Both the position numbers and the translations under genes were made by a program. Below are positions 35,901 to 35,940 of a stretch of 35,940 nucleotides of DNA, piece by piece. Position 1 is the first letter of the stretch, and each line of letters starts with the position of its first letter. Location of the stretch: IMG/VR virus record IMGVR_UViG_3300025853_000286, positions 1-35,940 of that record. The stretch is one strand, 5' to 3'. The DNA comes from a virus. Lineage: Duplodnaviria > Caudoviricetes. The notes beneath the pieces were generated by a model. That model had not been told where the DNA came from. It ran no database searches and worked only from the letters and a program-made list of their open reading frames with translations.

Positions 35901-35940
35901 GATTGAATTTCTCAACTGTTGATACAATACACGATTTTGA

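Overview
This window is part of a T4-like cyanomyovirus (Kyanoviridae-type) genome, and every credible gene lies on the - strand. In transcription order (right to left) it holds four blocks. (1) 33.4-35.9 kb: an array of tiny early-type ORFs, most behind a related sigma70-like promoter or dyad cassette, with a sharply GC-rich core. (2) 31.0-33.3 kb: an AbrB-like gene, a GT-A glycosyltransferase and several small proteins. (3) A very AT-rich baseplate/neck/packaging module: gp25, gp6, a 4666-aa gp7-like protein, gp8, a 2365-aa VrlC/DUF4815-like protein, small ORFs including an unlisted NblA-like one, then gp13, gp14, gp15 and gp16. (4) Two probable capsid-internal proteins. T4 late promoters (TATAAATA) punctuate the structural module. 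I saw no tRNA, rRNA, CRISPR array, intein or mobile element. Product calls come from recognising motifs and synteny by eye, without database searches.
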